The translations under genes and the position numbers were made by a program. This document shows positions 63,804-64,000 of a stretch of 64,000 nucleotides of DNA, in pieces. The first letter of the stretch is position 1, and every line of letters starts with the position of its first letter. The DNA lies in the NCBI GenBank assembly GCA_051362555.1, contig CM120642.1, positions 2,046,001-2,110,000 of the forward strand. Direction: 5' to 3'. Source of the DNA: Lingula anatina (lineage: Eukaryota; Animalia; Brachiopoda). The notes under the pieces are model-generated. The model was given only the letters and a program-made list of their open reading frames with translations. It did not search any database and had not been told where the DNA came from.

Positions 63804-64000
63804 GTATGATGCAGCGGCATAACTTTCTGGTCTTATTTTTGTACGAGAAATTGCATGCCCGTAACAATTAAAGATACATACAAAGTCAATTTTTTGTCAT
63901 AAAAACCAACCAAATGCCAGCATATAGTTTCAAGTAGTATAACTAAGAGAATTACCAAAAGGCATTGTTTAATTTTACCCGAAAGTGATGTTTGAACAGA

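Overview
AT-rich, intron-rich animal genomic DNA. A lophotrochozoan, probably a mollusc, is inferred from protein style and repeat types and is not proven. Manual splicing (GT-AG, phase-consistent) gives seven genes in order: the last exon of a CTHRC1-like gene (+, 97-248); SH3RF/POSH E3 ligase (-, 13 coding exons, 4445-21700) head-to-head with FHIP1/FAM160A (+, 11 exons, 24783-44329, plus two candidate cassette exons); a secreted 2xCBM14 + Thr-rich mucin + VWC-like protein (-, 47196-51269); VPS37A (-, 11 exons, 54629-62881) head-to-head with the first coding exon of CNOT7/CAF1 (+, 63690-63803); and a nested gene. The most striking item is this nested gene: an uninterrupted CARD + single-transmembrane ORF (60601-61578) lying antisense in VPS37A intron 3, behind an apparent internal bidirectional promoter. 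Also present: a 127-bp TG..CA solo LTR built around a tRNA-like unit with a 4-bp TSD, tandem duplications of splice junctions in both SH3RF and FHIP1 that create decoy splice sites, a six-copy hairpin MITE family, a 2.7-kb Helentron-type element and other MITEs. All homology calls are from recognition of sequence motifs; no searches were run.
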